Assembly (NCBI RefSeq): GCF_036321535.1
Contig: NC_087436.1
Span: 23,624,001-23,688,000, forward strand
Length of the DNA stretch: 64,000 nucleotides
Reading direction: 5' to 3'
From: Camelus dromedarius
Lineage: Eukaryota
Position numbers and translations under genes: made by a program. Below are positions 1 to 11,678 of the stretch, in pieces. Below the pieces are notes generated by a model that made no database searches, was not told where the DNA came from, and saw only the letters and a program-made list of their open reading frames with translations. The stretch's first letter is position 1. Every line of letters begins with the position of its first letter.

Positions 1-99
1 TACTCAGCCACTGGTGCTAAAATCCCTTATGTTGTTCTCAGTGCCCTTTAATCTGCCTCTTAGCATGAGCATGTATCTTTTTACCTTAAAGAAGAGTCC

Positions 100-2200
100 T
101 CCTTTCACTTGGGTGACTCATGCATTGGGGGAAATGGCCTTCAAGAAAAACGGCTCATTCAGCATTAACTTGACTTAGTAGTCCCTCCCAAGTTGGGCAT
201 CCTTTGCAAAGAGGACAATTAAACTGTCTCCATGTCTGTAAAGAAAGAGATTAACCATGAGGTTGGGTTAAATTATTCCTATTATTGTACATTATTTTGT
301 ATTTTTTGGATTAAAAAGAAAACTTGTGGAACAGAATGTGAACGACTGATTATGGCAAAAAGCAGGGGGTACAGTTCACATCCTCTAAGTAAAAGAAATG
401 AGTCACTAAGTCTCCAGCGTCGCCATTATTCCTACAGCCCCTCTTAACTGGGCCAAATCCTGCCTGATGATACGGGAAAATAAAGGGCTCATCTAGAATG
501 TTCTGAGGTATACTGGTTTAATGCGCATAAGAGAGGGAAGAGAAGGTGTTTTAGGAACGTTTACCTGAGAAAGAAAATGTTTACGGTCACGACTACGGGA
601 TGGGTGACTGTCAGCTCTCAGTCGCAGGATCTCCAAGCACTGACCAGGGACTAGCTTGAAGGTGAGCCCCACGAGAGTCGGGAGAGAGCAAAGGTTTGGA
701 TTTCCGGGGCCGTGGGACCGTGTCTCTGGGCATCAGAGCGAAGGGCTCCCGTAAAATGTCTAGCTCTTTTCTCCCCACACCCAGGAGCGGCTTCTGCTTC
801 CCCCGCCCCCTCCCCTCCTCCATCTTCTGTTCCATGAATAAATATTATGTGGTTTGGTGCTCATTACTCTTTGATATGAAAAAAGGCAATTCATTAGGTT
901 GAAGGAGGAAGGGGAGGGAGACACCATTTTTCACCCGGTGCATCAAGCACGGTTACCCTGATTTGAATTCCCAGAAAAGTAATAAAACAGTGAAGATAAT
1001 GATAAAACAGCTCCTGGCTGACAGCTGTGCAGCACACGGGAACCCCGCACACAGGGCCCCGTGCTGCAGCAGGACAATATTGTGGAGCATATGGCGCATT
1101 GCAAGCCAGTTGTTGAACTCGGTGGCCGGCTTTTGTTTGGGTGACTCTCCCAGCGTTGGGCCTGGGGTGGCTCTTCAGAAACTTCTAGTCTCCTCTACAG
1201 GAGGGTTCTTGGCTCCCGGCCAGCCGTTCCGTATGGTGGCCGACTCAGGCCACGCGGAAAAGCTGGGGCCGGGGCAGCGTTCACGCCTCCTTACTTCGGT
1301 CCCTAATCAGATCGTCTGTTCAGCAGGGAGAAATGGGGGTCGTTTTTCCATGCAGCCCAGTGGCTGCATTATCAAAGGGACATTTTCTACGGGAATGTCA
1401 ATTAATTATTATCGATGCATTCATTCACCGGAGCTCACTTCTTCCTGTGAGAGTGAACATGGTTTTGTTTTTAGTGCTTTTAAGTTACACTTTGCACATT
1501 CCCTTTTCATTTCTAGAGCTAGAATAGCTAAAACCAGCAAGTACGTTAGGGCCAGTGTTGCTGCCCGAAAGGAGCGTGTGTACCCGTCTATCTAGTTTTT
1601 ACAAGACGGTGCTAAAATAGGCCCTTTGCTTAGCATGGTCTGTTTTTCCAAATGTGTGAAGCTGGCATGTGTGTGTGCATAAAAAGACTAATTAACTCCA
1701 CTTTCCTCAAAGGGGTGTCCTTGGCTGCCCCCCCCTCCCCAGGAATGTGCCCTATGCTGGCCAGAGCTGCGCTGTCACCCTGAATCCTTTTACCACTTCA
1801 GCCTCTATAGAGTCATGGTCACTCGTTCTGGTTCCTGATTGATTCTTGACTCCAAAGTGCCAGGGAGGGTCCAGAAGGGCCCCACAGTCCTGGGAGCGTG
1901 GTTCCTGCAAACGTGGCAGAAGGCCCGTCTCTGAGAGAATCACACTCCATGCGGAGGGGCGGTAGCCAGTGCTATTGTGCTGCGTGCGTGAGAATATTTT
2001 TACTTCAGGAGCTGAGAGGCGAACATGGGTGGTGTTGATCTCCTGATTGGGGAGCACCAAATGTCACCATATTCTTGATTTCTGTGGGACTTTTTTTTTT
2101 TTTGAAGAACACCTGTGAAGTTTGTGTTCTGGTGTTGGGGTCAGTGAATTTCTTTCTCTCAAATACAAATGTCATTCCAAGGCCGAATCTACTGTCAAAA
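100..2200. promoter_or_regulatory. CpG-enriched, repeat-free candidate regulatory block (CpG-island shore or proximal enhancer)
   Basis: Visibly more CpG than most of the window and no recognisable interspersed repeats. Motifs: AP-1 TGACTCA 114-120 and TGAGTCA 399-405; GC box CCCCGCCCC about 801-809; TCF/LEF CTTTGAT 869-875 and ATCAAAG 1371-1377; TEAD GGAATGT 1392-1398, ACATTCC 1496-1502 and GGAATGT 1742-1748. Confidence 0.5.
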
Positions 2201-3044
2201 AATATACATATGTATGTGTATGTATATTTATTTATTTCTGTGATGTTCCACTAATGACTAATCAGAGGTTACATTTGAACACTGGGGCTCTGCAGGGGGA
2301 ACTGATTTATTTTTTCAGGCCTGGATTGTGCATGTGTGATCACTGGCCTTGAAAATAATGTTTTTAAGTGGAGGAGAACAGATCTGTTACAAATCTGTAG
2401 GTAGGGATGGACTTGCTGTAGCATTTGGGGGCTTGGAGAGTTAATGCCTGTGGCCTGGATGTGATTCAGAGCATCCCTAGGAATAAGTGAGTCCTGTTTT
2501 CTGTGTACTTGCTGGGTTGGTGGCAGGAGCTCCTTGCCAGTGTGGACACCCTTTGAACCTTTTCTTGATAGTGTGTTTTCACAAGTCATAGTCAGGGGAG
2601 AGGTATTTCAGCTTTTACTTTCCCAAGTTTCCTGTGTTAGGGAAGTGATCTTTACCTTCTCTCCCTTTAAGAGATGAAAGCAAGAAGATTATGACTAAAA
2701 AAGATCTACATTTGACTCTTCTTCCCTTTCCTTGCCCTGAGCCACGTGGAAGCCAACCACAGCCACCCTGGAGGTTTTACTACAACTATCACAGCCTCCC
2801 ACCGAGGGTGAGCTGATAGAGAAGGCAGAAGGGATGAATAGGGGAGAAAGAAAAAGATCTGGAAAGGAAACCAGGAGAAAGGAGGAAGAAGATGAGGGTA
2901 AGACATGATAAGATATTTTTGGCTGTTAAGAATAGGTAACCATTTGGATAGACGAAATATCCTGGTTTCCATTAAGTTAAATTTGTAAATATCTTTATAG
3001 CCATTTTATATTTGCACAATAATATTAGACATTCTAATTATGCA

Positions 3045-3170
3045 GCATGTTTATGGGGTAAGTGGAGCTTCAGTGAAATTCAGCTCACTTACTAGGTCAC
3101 CAAATTAGTGGGTGGCAAAGGAAAAGTAGAAACAGGCTATTGGTGTTCGACCTTTGGTACAGCTTTTCCA
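3045..3170 (-). mobile_element. MIR SINE fragment
   Basis: Degenerate match to the reverse MIR core (…gtggagcttcagtgaaattcagctcacttactaggtcaccaaattagtgggtggcaaag…). Confidence 0.5.
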
Positions 3171-5604
3171 GTTGAATGAGTAACTGTGAATCTGAAAATC
3201 CAGCTGTGTTGTTTACAAACTATTAGGAAATATAATCTTTAGGGGTTATGGGGACAGTGCAATTAAAAAAAACTCTTGCCCCCTAATGTGAATTGTATTA
3301 TAATTATTTAATACCTGAAAGACTCTTATAATTGAATTTTAGGGTGCTTCATTTACATTCTAGCTGGAGAGGTAGAAATACTGTCATTTTGTGGTCCTCT
3401 AATCGCTGTCCCAAACATTCACAAAATGCCCTGTGATTCAATTATAAGTATCTTCTGGGGACCGTGTAATTATATACTATCTAGTTATCATTAGGAAGCA
3501 CCAGGGGACGGTGAGACAACCAGGTAGCATTAGTGGCTGGTTGTTCATAACCCTGTAATTGATAGGACAAGGTGCTTTGAGTAAAACTACACATTTTTTA
3601 AGGGGGGATGATCAAGTTTCAGGTATAGGAAAAGGTTCCATACTCGTTTTTAAATTATACAAATAGGACTTTTGAAGGAAATGCTTAGTGATGCAATGAT
3701 ACTAAATAATTGACAAATTTGTTTAGCGTAAATGAAATGTGAAGTCTAAAGGTGTAGACCAGAAACCCTATTGCTGTGAAAGAAAGAGACAGTACGATGT
3801 GTATATAAAGCTATGTCTTTGTGAAACGATAATTAAAGGACGATAGAGGAAAATGTGCCATGTATAGGAAATAATTACTAGATATGAGTACCTAGTCATC
3901 TTTGCGTTAAAGAACGGAGAACGAATGTTTTCCGGGATGTTTGTGCAAAAGGAGAGGTCTTTAGCCTACTCCTCCCAGGGCATCGCTGAGGCATCTACTG
4001 GCAGACTCTTCCAGAGCTCTTTAAAGTGGTCGTCACCTCTCAACAGCAATTGCTTCTGAGTTGTGTTCAAACAGCCCTGACGTGAGTCCCTTGGTATATC
4101 ATTATCTAGTCTCATATTTAACCTTTTTCTAATAGCCTCCCCAAAGTCCAGAGTTTTCTGTTAGCACTGGAGGAAGTCAGGAAAGGGGTTTTTCCTTCTC
4201 TTGACTGCACAGCTGGGAGAAGCATAGTTATCTGCAAGTCATCTTTGTTTTTCCTTTTTTTTTTTTTTGGTCCTATGAGGGGACCAGGTAGATGTGGAAG
4301 GAAAGCGATGTGTTGAGATAGGCCAGACTTTGTCGCAAGTGTCAATGCATGAATAAGATCTTCTCTTTTTCCAGTTTTTACTTAGCCTCTTGCTTGATGA
4401 ACTCTCTTCTTCTGGGAGAGAAGGACAAGGGAATGCAGGCATTCTTAGAGCATGTGGCTGTCCTCCTCTTCTCTTTCCTAAGCTTGTTATTAGTGACGCA
4501 AACGAGATGCTAAGAGGGCAGATACAAGCTTCTGAGTGTGGACAGGCCAGAGAACAGGGACGATGGTTACACTGGCATAGGACCCACCTTAGCACCTCCT
4601 TACAGTAGGTAAACAAAACCTGTTTGCCCAAACACCACACAATCTCATGACCTTTGTGCCTTTGGGATGGTCCTTTCTTATTAAGAGAAGCATATGGTGA
4701 TGATGACATGTCTGATGCCTTACATAGAAATCAGAGAGGGTACTCATGAATTTAGGAGAGTGGGGAGTACCCAGAAGGTCTCATCTCAAGAGAAGGCCAG
4801 AGGTGGATAATCCAAAGAACCTTCCCCTTTGCTGCTTCCCAGCCTCTGGCCCGGTGCTGGGGACTATGGGCTGACTGCAGATGTTCTGGCCCCACTGTCA
4901 CCACCAATGGAGGTGGAGGAGATGGGCCACGGAGAGGAGAACTAGAGAGAAGAGGAAAATGAGGTAGGCAAGGGCAAGGGCCACTAGGAGACATTTGGAT
5001 GTCGACTCTTCATGACCTAGAATTAATTTTTGAAATAGTGAAAGGGAACGCTTTTGCACGTTTCCTAGAGATACGTGGAATTTCTTGTGGAAATTTCATT
5101 CTGACTTTCTTTCCTGGCTTGATACCGACAGAGGCACCTTTTTGGTCCTACCCAGATTCCCAGGCACCTTCTGCCTCTTCGCCGAGTCCTTCTCAAGCAG
5201 AGCAGCTTGTGGTTCTGGAGGGAGAAGTGAGTCCACCTCTTGAGAGGGTCTCCTCCCCCCAACCCCTTTCTCGGGGATCCCATCCTTACCCTGATGAGGG
5301 CTCTGCCTTATGTTCTCTGCCCTTTCTTCTCTGTGCAGTGGAATAGTCCAGCCTGTGGTTTCAGTGGAAGTTTGCAGCTTTGGAGGTTTTCTCTGTTTTT
5401 CTCCTGGCCTGTTCTGTAGGTTTCTCAGGCTAAATCAACACCAGGTTGGTAACTTCCTCTGGATGGTTATATAATCCCCGTTCTATGTATAATACAGACA
5501 GAACTTCTGATTATCAGATGTAACAGATGGTCCCACTACCCCTCTGTCTCTGGCTCTCATCCCATGACTGGGATGCGGTTTGGTCTAACTCAAAGAATAT
5601 TATA

Positions 5605-5730
5605 TTGGGAGCCAGGAAATTGGGTCTCGTTCAGGCTTTTCCCCAACAAACCGTGTGACTTTAAGCAAATCACTTCATCTCTTAGGACCACAAGACTCGA
5701 GGTTTGATTCTATTGATTTGTAAGGACATT
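5605..5730 (+). mobile_element. MIR SINE fragment
   Basis: gggagccaggaaattgggtctc…gtgtgactttaagcaaatcacttcatctct resembles the MIR 5' half and core. Confidence 0.6.
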
Positions 5731-7854
5731 GGGCCATAGGAAGGAAACGTTTCTAAAGTGCAAGTGTTTAGTAACTTTGCATAGCCATGCTGGTACCACC
5801 TTAAATCCTAGGAATATCTGCTTCCTTCTTCCTGGCTACCTAGAGGCCCCGCCACAACAGACACAGAAGAGGGCTCAACCTTCACTTGAAATAGCCGGAC
5901 AGTTTTGTCTAGCAGATCACAGTGTGTAAATTTAATGCATATGTTCAAGTGCCCTGCTTGGAAATAGGATGTGCAAAATTAGGCAAGTCAGCTGGACAAG
6001 AAGGAATGTTTCCTAATTCTGCTGGTCCTCTCTTCAGAAGACTGGGCCTCTCCTTCCATCACTGGTGCTGTCCTAGCACCGTATGCATGAGTGGTCCTTG
6101 TCCTGTGTTGCTTATGGGTGAATGGCCAACACTGCATGATGGGCTCCTTTAAAGCAGAGATTGGGCCTGATGTGTAGGAGGAGCTCAAAAGATATTTCTT
6201 GAATGGACTGAACTGTAACATTGGCTGAGATATTTCATCACATCCTTACTAATTATAGCATTAGTCCCAAATTTCAGGGCTGGAGTCATAAACATGGCTA
6301 GAAAACCCAGCTTTTCTTCTAGTTGGTTGAAGCCTTTTTCTCTTGTCTTTCATTTGGCCCTTATCCATCTGCCATCCAGTAATGAAACCAAGGTGTACTA
6401 TTTTTATACTATTTCTTAATGATTTGTAAACAAAACCCTTCTTCAATAAGGCCAAATGATATCCCAAGGATTTTAATCAGTTTTTGAAAATCATTATACA
6501 AACTTCAGTTCACAGGCCTTTGTGGTAGCTTATGTGTAGGTGACCCACAGGGTGATGTTTTAGACTCTCAGTTTCTTGGTAGTAGACTGTCTCAAACAAC
6601 GTACTACCATACCACTTGTAGCTGAATTTCCTTTAGAAAAGTGCATTTGGGCAGATAAAATTATGTAGATGATCAGTAGGCTGTTTTATAGGAATCTATG
6701 CAAACAATGAGGACATAGTCTGTAAACATAGATATTGTTTCTTCAGTTCTAAAGATTTTTACTTTGTAGTAGGTTTACCAGTAGATTTTCTAAGTAAAGA
6801 ATTTCACAAATTAGAATGCTTGAATAAAGCAAGAGAAATAAGAGAAAACTTTTCAGATGGAGTACACCGTCTAGCGGATACATAGCCATTTTTCGGTCCC
6901 TGCACCCTCCTCTTTGGGCAGGCAGACTTTCTCTCTGGTTCACTTGGAGTAGTTTTGACAAGCATATGGGAAAAAGAGGAGAAGGCCCCAGAATTAAGGC
7001 AGGTTCAGATTGTTTTGCTCACAACTCATATTCTTTTATAACTCCAAGGTGAAAGATAAAAGTCACTTCGATCAAATTAAAGGGCAAGAGAGATGAACTT
7101 CGTTGCGTTTAATGTTTGTTGTAGGCCTGGGGATTTTCACAGGTGATTCTATTGCTGTGATACATTGATAAACCTCTTGTCCCATGCCACAATTAAAAAA
7201 TAAAACAAACCAAAATGCCCCTAAAACAAACAAAAAAACCTTACCTGCTTGGCTTTAAGTTTGCAGATGGGTTTTTTTCTAAGTTAATTTTTTTTTCTCA
7301 TCCATCTCTTGTGTCTATGCTTCAGGTAATGCCTGCTTAGACTTATTATCAGGGCCCTTCCACCATTGCAGTTTCATTAGAATAGTGACTAATATTAGGG
7401 TGTTTTGATTGTAGATGACCGCTTATAGTTTGGTTCTTTTAGTTGCTATACTGATTGGCTACCAGCCTGAAAACTCCTCTTGTTCCCATTTTGTTTTTTA
7501 TTTCTTTCAGCTCTCTGGCAGAGACTCATCCCATCCTTCCAGAGGGCCAGGGGCAATAATTAAGAAGGAAAAACCTATCCTTTGCTTTGCTTTCACCTTT
7601 TGAAAATATATATTGCAGTCAAAATCAGTTTCGACTTAATCTGTTGAAAAAAATAGTTGTCTCAGAGAAAGAAGGCATGTGTGAGAATTGGTGGGCTGTG
7701 GGTGTGTGTTTAGAAATTTAGTTGAATTTTGGGTTTTCCTCAGAATGGGACAGTTCATGCTTCTCAGCTGTTCATTTATATAACAGCTATGGAGCTTCTA
7801 GAATTTGCTATGGCCTGGATGGGGGCCCCCCTGATCCTACTGATGGAAAAAGTG

Positions 7855-8093
7855 ATAATAGTAACAGCTCACATTTCCTGAGTGCCAGACACTGTTTTAA
7901 ATGCTTTACATGCTATCGTCTCTTATAATTTTCACAACCATCCTATGAGGATGTTATAATTATTGTTTCCATTTAAGAGATGAGGCTACTGAGTCCCAAA
8001 GAGCCTTGATTACTTGCCAAGGTTGATGAGTGGTAGAACAGGGATTCAAACCCAGACAGTATTGCTCCAGAGTACGTGTGACTAACCATTGTG
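7855..8093 (-). mobile_element. MIR SINE, near full length
   Basis: gtgccagacactgttttaaatgctttacatg…cctatgagg…gatgaggctactgagtccc…ttacttgccaagg…gggattcaaacccagacagt…gctccagag follows the reverse MIR consensus. Confidence 0.85.
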
Positions 8094-8685
8094 TCTAATT
8101 ACTTCTCAATGTTGATCCTAGGAGGAGACTGGTGGATTTAGGACTTTGGAAGATGATTTCCTTGTTCTGGAAGAGCATGGTTGAAGGGAAATCTTGAAGG
8201 TCCACTCCAAGCTGCTACTTTTTACCAGTTATTCCCTGACTGGCTTCCTCTGCTCTGCCCTGACCTTAAGAACCGGATGTCGGTTCTGGGTTGCTAGGGG
8301 TCACTTCTGGGTTGCCTGACTCCTATATGTGGCCTGAGAGCCATGGCTGTTCTCAAAATGTACCATGTACAATTTGTTCCTCTCCCAGATTGCCAAAGTC
8401 AAAATCTCATTTGGGTTTTGGGCACAAATCTAAAGGTCTAGTGTAGCTGCCTTTGGAGCTATGCCTGGTGAGAGCCTACATGTGTGCACTTTTTTTTTTA
8501 AAATAAAGTTGCACAAACTATTAGGTATAAAATGTGCCTTTTTCTTTTTTTCCCCTTTGGAAAGCACACAGAGAGAGGATTTTCCAAGAGGGCCAGGTCC
8601 TCAAAGTTAGGAGGAAGCCGCTGCCTCACAGATCTGGTTGCATGAGGTGCACAGACGCTCACAACAGCAATAACTAGTGGTCAGA

Positions 8686-8790
8686 GCTTGAAGCTCCACA
8701 AAGGCAGGGAGTTTTGTCTTATGTTCCCTGCTGTCTTCTGGGTGCAGAATTGTGCTTTGGACATAGTTGGTGCTCAGTACACACCTGTTG
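8686..8790 (+). mobile_element. L2 LINE 3' terminus
   Basis: aagctccacaaaggcagggagttttgtcttatgttccctgctgt…catagttggtgctcagtacacacctgttga matches the L2 3' tail. Confidence 0.7.
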
Positions 8791-8879
8791 ACGTACTTAA
8801 TCTTATAGCCAAGCATGGTTGTACCTTGGCACAAGGTTTCCTCTTCAAGTTCCATACCTCCCTCTCCATCCTTCCCTTG

Positions 8880-9010
8880 TGTTCTCTCCATAAATTTATC
8901 TAAATCCTTCTTTATGGATACTTTGGGCTTCTGCACCTCCTGACATGATGAGTGTTGTTGCCATGAAGAAGAGATCTTGCCTCTTTTATGTTCTAAAACA
9001 CCCTTCATCA
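8880..9010. mobile_element. possible ancient CR1/L3-type LINE fragment
   Basis: aatttatctaaatccttcttt…cacctcctgacatgatgagt…ttttatgttctaaaa resembles recalled L3/CR1 sequence but is very degenerate. Confidence 0.3.
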
Positions 9011-9369
9011 TCAAAGGTGGGAGGAGAAGTTTGGAGCAAACCAGAGAGGAATGTGGACAGATAAGAAGACTAAGGAGAGTCGGGGCACAGGGAGAGGGGC
9101 CTCACTGGGGAGAAGAGGAGCTGTCTGTCTTGTCACTTAGACCTTGTGTCGGTGACACTGTCTGTGATGAAGACAGTGATTCTGTAATTTAGAAGAGTGA
9201 CTTTATTTGGTGAGAGCAGTGGCTCCAAGGGTTGGTGACACCATAGGTTCTTCTGACCTTTCATTCACGGTAATTTCTTGATACACACCTACAGTTTTGG
9301 AAACTAAGTGGAATATGCATGGAGGCTTGGCTTGCAGTCTACTGAATAGTGTTCTTAAGAGTAAATCTC

Positions 9370-9535
9370 TGCCTTAAGTGAAGTTACTTACTTTCTGGGC
9401 CTCAGTCTCTCCACCTGTAAAGCAGGATTAATGATAGTTCCATCCTCACGGTGCTGAGATGAAGACTGAGAGGTATAATTCATGCAGAATTTTCAGTAAA
9501 GTTCTAGATACACAATAAACATTCTATAAATGTCA
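9370..9535 (+). mobile_element. MIR SINE
   Basis: aagttacttactttctgggcctcagtctctccacctgtaaagcaggattaatgatagttcc…cacaataaacattctataaatg is the MIR core plus tail. Confidence 0.8.
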
Positions 9536-10029
9536 AAGGTTATCAGTAGCACATCACCAAGATGCCCACTGTTATGACTTGGGATGGCAGGCTCAGCAGG
9601 GAGCCAACATGTCTTCTCCCCCCGCCAAAAAATAAGTAAGAGCATGACTCTAAGTGTGTGGTGGGTGTTGTAAGGAGGAGTCGAGCTTTCGCAGGCTCTC
9701 CTGTACTTTTCGTGTGGGAAGTATTTAGCATGTAGAGACCCCATTGCCGGGACTTTCAACACAAGTCCAAATTCCTTCAACACTTTCTATCAGTGTCATT
9801 CATTTTGGACTTGCCATATACTGTCTTCCATTGTTTATCACTGACCATTCACAGGGAAGCTTTAATGAGGCAGATGCTGGGCTAAGCGTTGAAATGACAA
9901 CCACAGTTGGGCTACTGCCCCGGCCCTGGAAGAGCTTCAAGGGTATTTGGGTGGATGAAGGATAAAAGTGTGGAACAGAGGGCATCAAAATGGAATCAGG
10001 AGTTGCTTAGTGTTGTTGAGACAGAAGTT

Positions 10030-11030
10030 TGGGTAGAAATGGTGGAAGAAGAGGCTGGTAAGATGGACAGGTATTAGGAGGCAGAGGGCCTTATATCCAT
10101 GCTCAAGAGCTTAAATCTTATAATATAGATGAAGAGAAACCATTAAAAGGTTGTAAATAAGGGAGTGAGATGGCCAGCATCTGACTTTAGGTAAAGCACT
10201 CTTTCAACCATGTGAAGGATGGTCTTGAGACAAGGACTGGAGGCAGGGAGGTCAGTTAGGGGATTATTGAATAACTCCAGCAGGAGATATTGAAAAGCTT
10301 GAAGTAGGAGAGTGGTAGGTATAGCGACATGAGACCATTTTCAAAAAATATTAAGGAGGTAATTTATTGAGTACAGGGATTATTGAGAGCAATCAGAGAT
10401 GACTTCTAGGTTTCTGGCTTGCTGATGTCATCATTACTCAGTATAGGAAATGCCTTAGGTTTTGGAGGGAAGCTGATCAGTTCATCTTTGGACATGCAAA
10501 GCTTAATGAGATTATGGTCCATCCTGAAGGGATGTCCAATGGTCATTTGAATATACAGGCCTAGAATTTAGCCCAGAGGTCTGGGCTGCAGGTGGAGACA
10601 TCAAAGGTGTTTTCAGAGTAGATGAAATTGGTGAAGGGTGTATAACGTGAAAAAAGAAAATGAGGGGAGGAACTTGTAAAACAGCATTCAGTGTGTTTTT
10701 AGAGGAGGAGATCCTCAAAAGGAGATAGAGAAGGAATAGTGCAGTTGGTGAGGAGTCCCAGGAGAGTGGTATATTGAAAACTAAGGAGAGTGTCATTGGT
10801 GGTATCACATCCAGCAAGGTGAGGACCACACAATGTCCTGGGATTTGGCAACTGGGAGTTTCTGGCTTTTTGTCAGTGTCATTGTAGTGGGGTGGTGTGT
10901 GTAGAGGCAGTGAATGAGAAGAGTGGAAGAGAAGAGGCTGGCTGGACAGGAAGAACAGCATGCGTGGGAAGGTAGGGAGGTGGCTAGGAAATCTCACATT
11001 CAAGAGAGGGGCTCCTTGAAGTAGTTGGTA
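10030..11030 (-). mobile_element. L2 LINE fragment (about 1 kb, decayed)
   Basis: Purine-rich antisense L2 signature: gagaaaccattaaaagg…ggagtgagatgg…ggaggcagggaggtcagttagg…gatgacttctaggtttctggctt…agttcatctttggacatg…ggatttggcaac. Confidence 0.75.
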
Positions 11031-11162
11031 AGCTTCTTGGAGATAAGAATATATTCAGTATTTGTGGTTTTGCAATAGTTGTTGTTTTTGCAATGCATAT
11101 TACAGTCTATTATTATTATTGTTTAAAGGGTCTGTTAAATTGAATTATGGTGTTGCCTTTTT

Positions 11163-11678
11163 TTGTTGATGTATAGTTGATTTACAATGTTGTGTTAGTT
11201 TTGGGTGTACAACACACTATTTCAGTTATACATATATATATTCTTTTTTAGATTCTTTTCCATTATAGGTTATTTAAGATATTTAACATAGTTCCCTATG
11301 CTATACAGTAGGTCTTTGTTGTTTATTTTATACATAGTAGTGTATATATGCTAATCTCAGACTCCCAGTTTATCCCTCCTCCCACCCGTTTCCCCTTTGG
11401 TAACCATAGTTTGTTTTCTATGTCTATGAACAGTCTGTTTCTGGTTTATAAATAAGTTCATTTGCATCTTTATTTAGGTTCCACATATAAGAGATATGAT
11501 ATTTGTCTTTCTCTGACTTACTTCACTTAATATAATAATCTCTAGGTACATCCATGTTGCTGCAAATGACATTATTTCATTTGTTTTTATGGCTGAGTAA
11601 TATTCCATGATACATATGTTACATTTTCTTTATCCATTCATGTGTTGATGGACACTTAGGTTGTTTCCATGTCTTGGC
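11163..11678 (-). mobile_element. L1 LINE 3' end (5'-truncated, artiodactyl type) with 12-bp TSD
   Basis: Reverse L1 3' UTR plus the ORF2 end (…ccattcatgtgttgatggacacttaggttgtttccatgtcttggct). Flanked by TGTTGCCTTTTT (11151-11162) and TGTTGCCTCTTT (11679-11690), the latter followed by AAAA. Confidence 0.9.

Noticed and set aside
963..1595. 210-aa ORF on +
   Set aside because: Starts at TTG, shows no recognisable domain, and lies in a GC/CpG-rich block where long chance frames are expected.
2735..2905. Possible purine-rich cassette exon ending at GAGG|GTAAGA
   Set aside because: The donor is plausible, but the nearest acceptor is a weak GAG and no recognisable coding content supports it.
8322..8332. 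CArG-like CCTATATGTGG
   Set aside because: It has seven central bases including a G and does not fit CC(A/T)6GG.
10512..11003. 163-aa ORF on -
   Set aside because: Lies within the L2 fragment, so it is a residual repeat frame and not a host gene.
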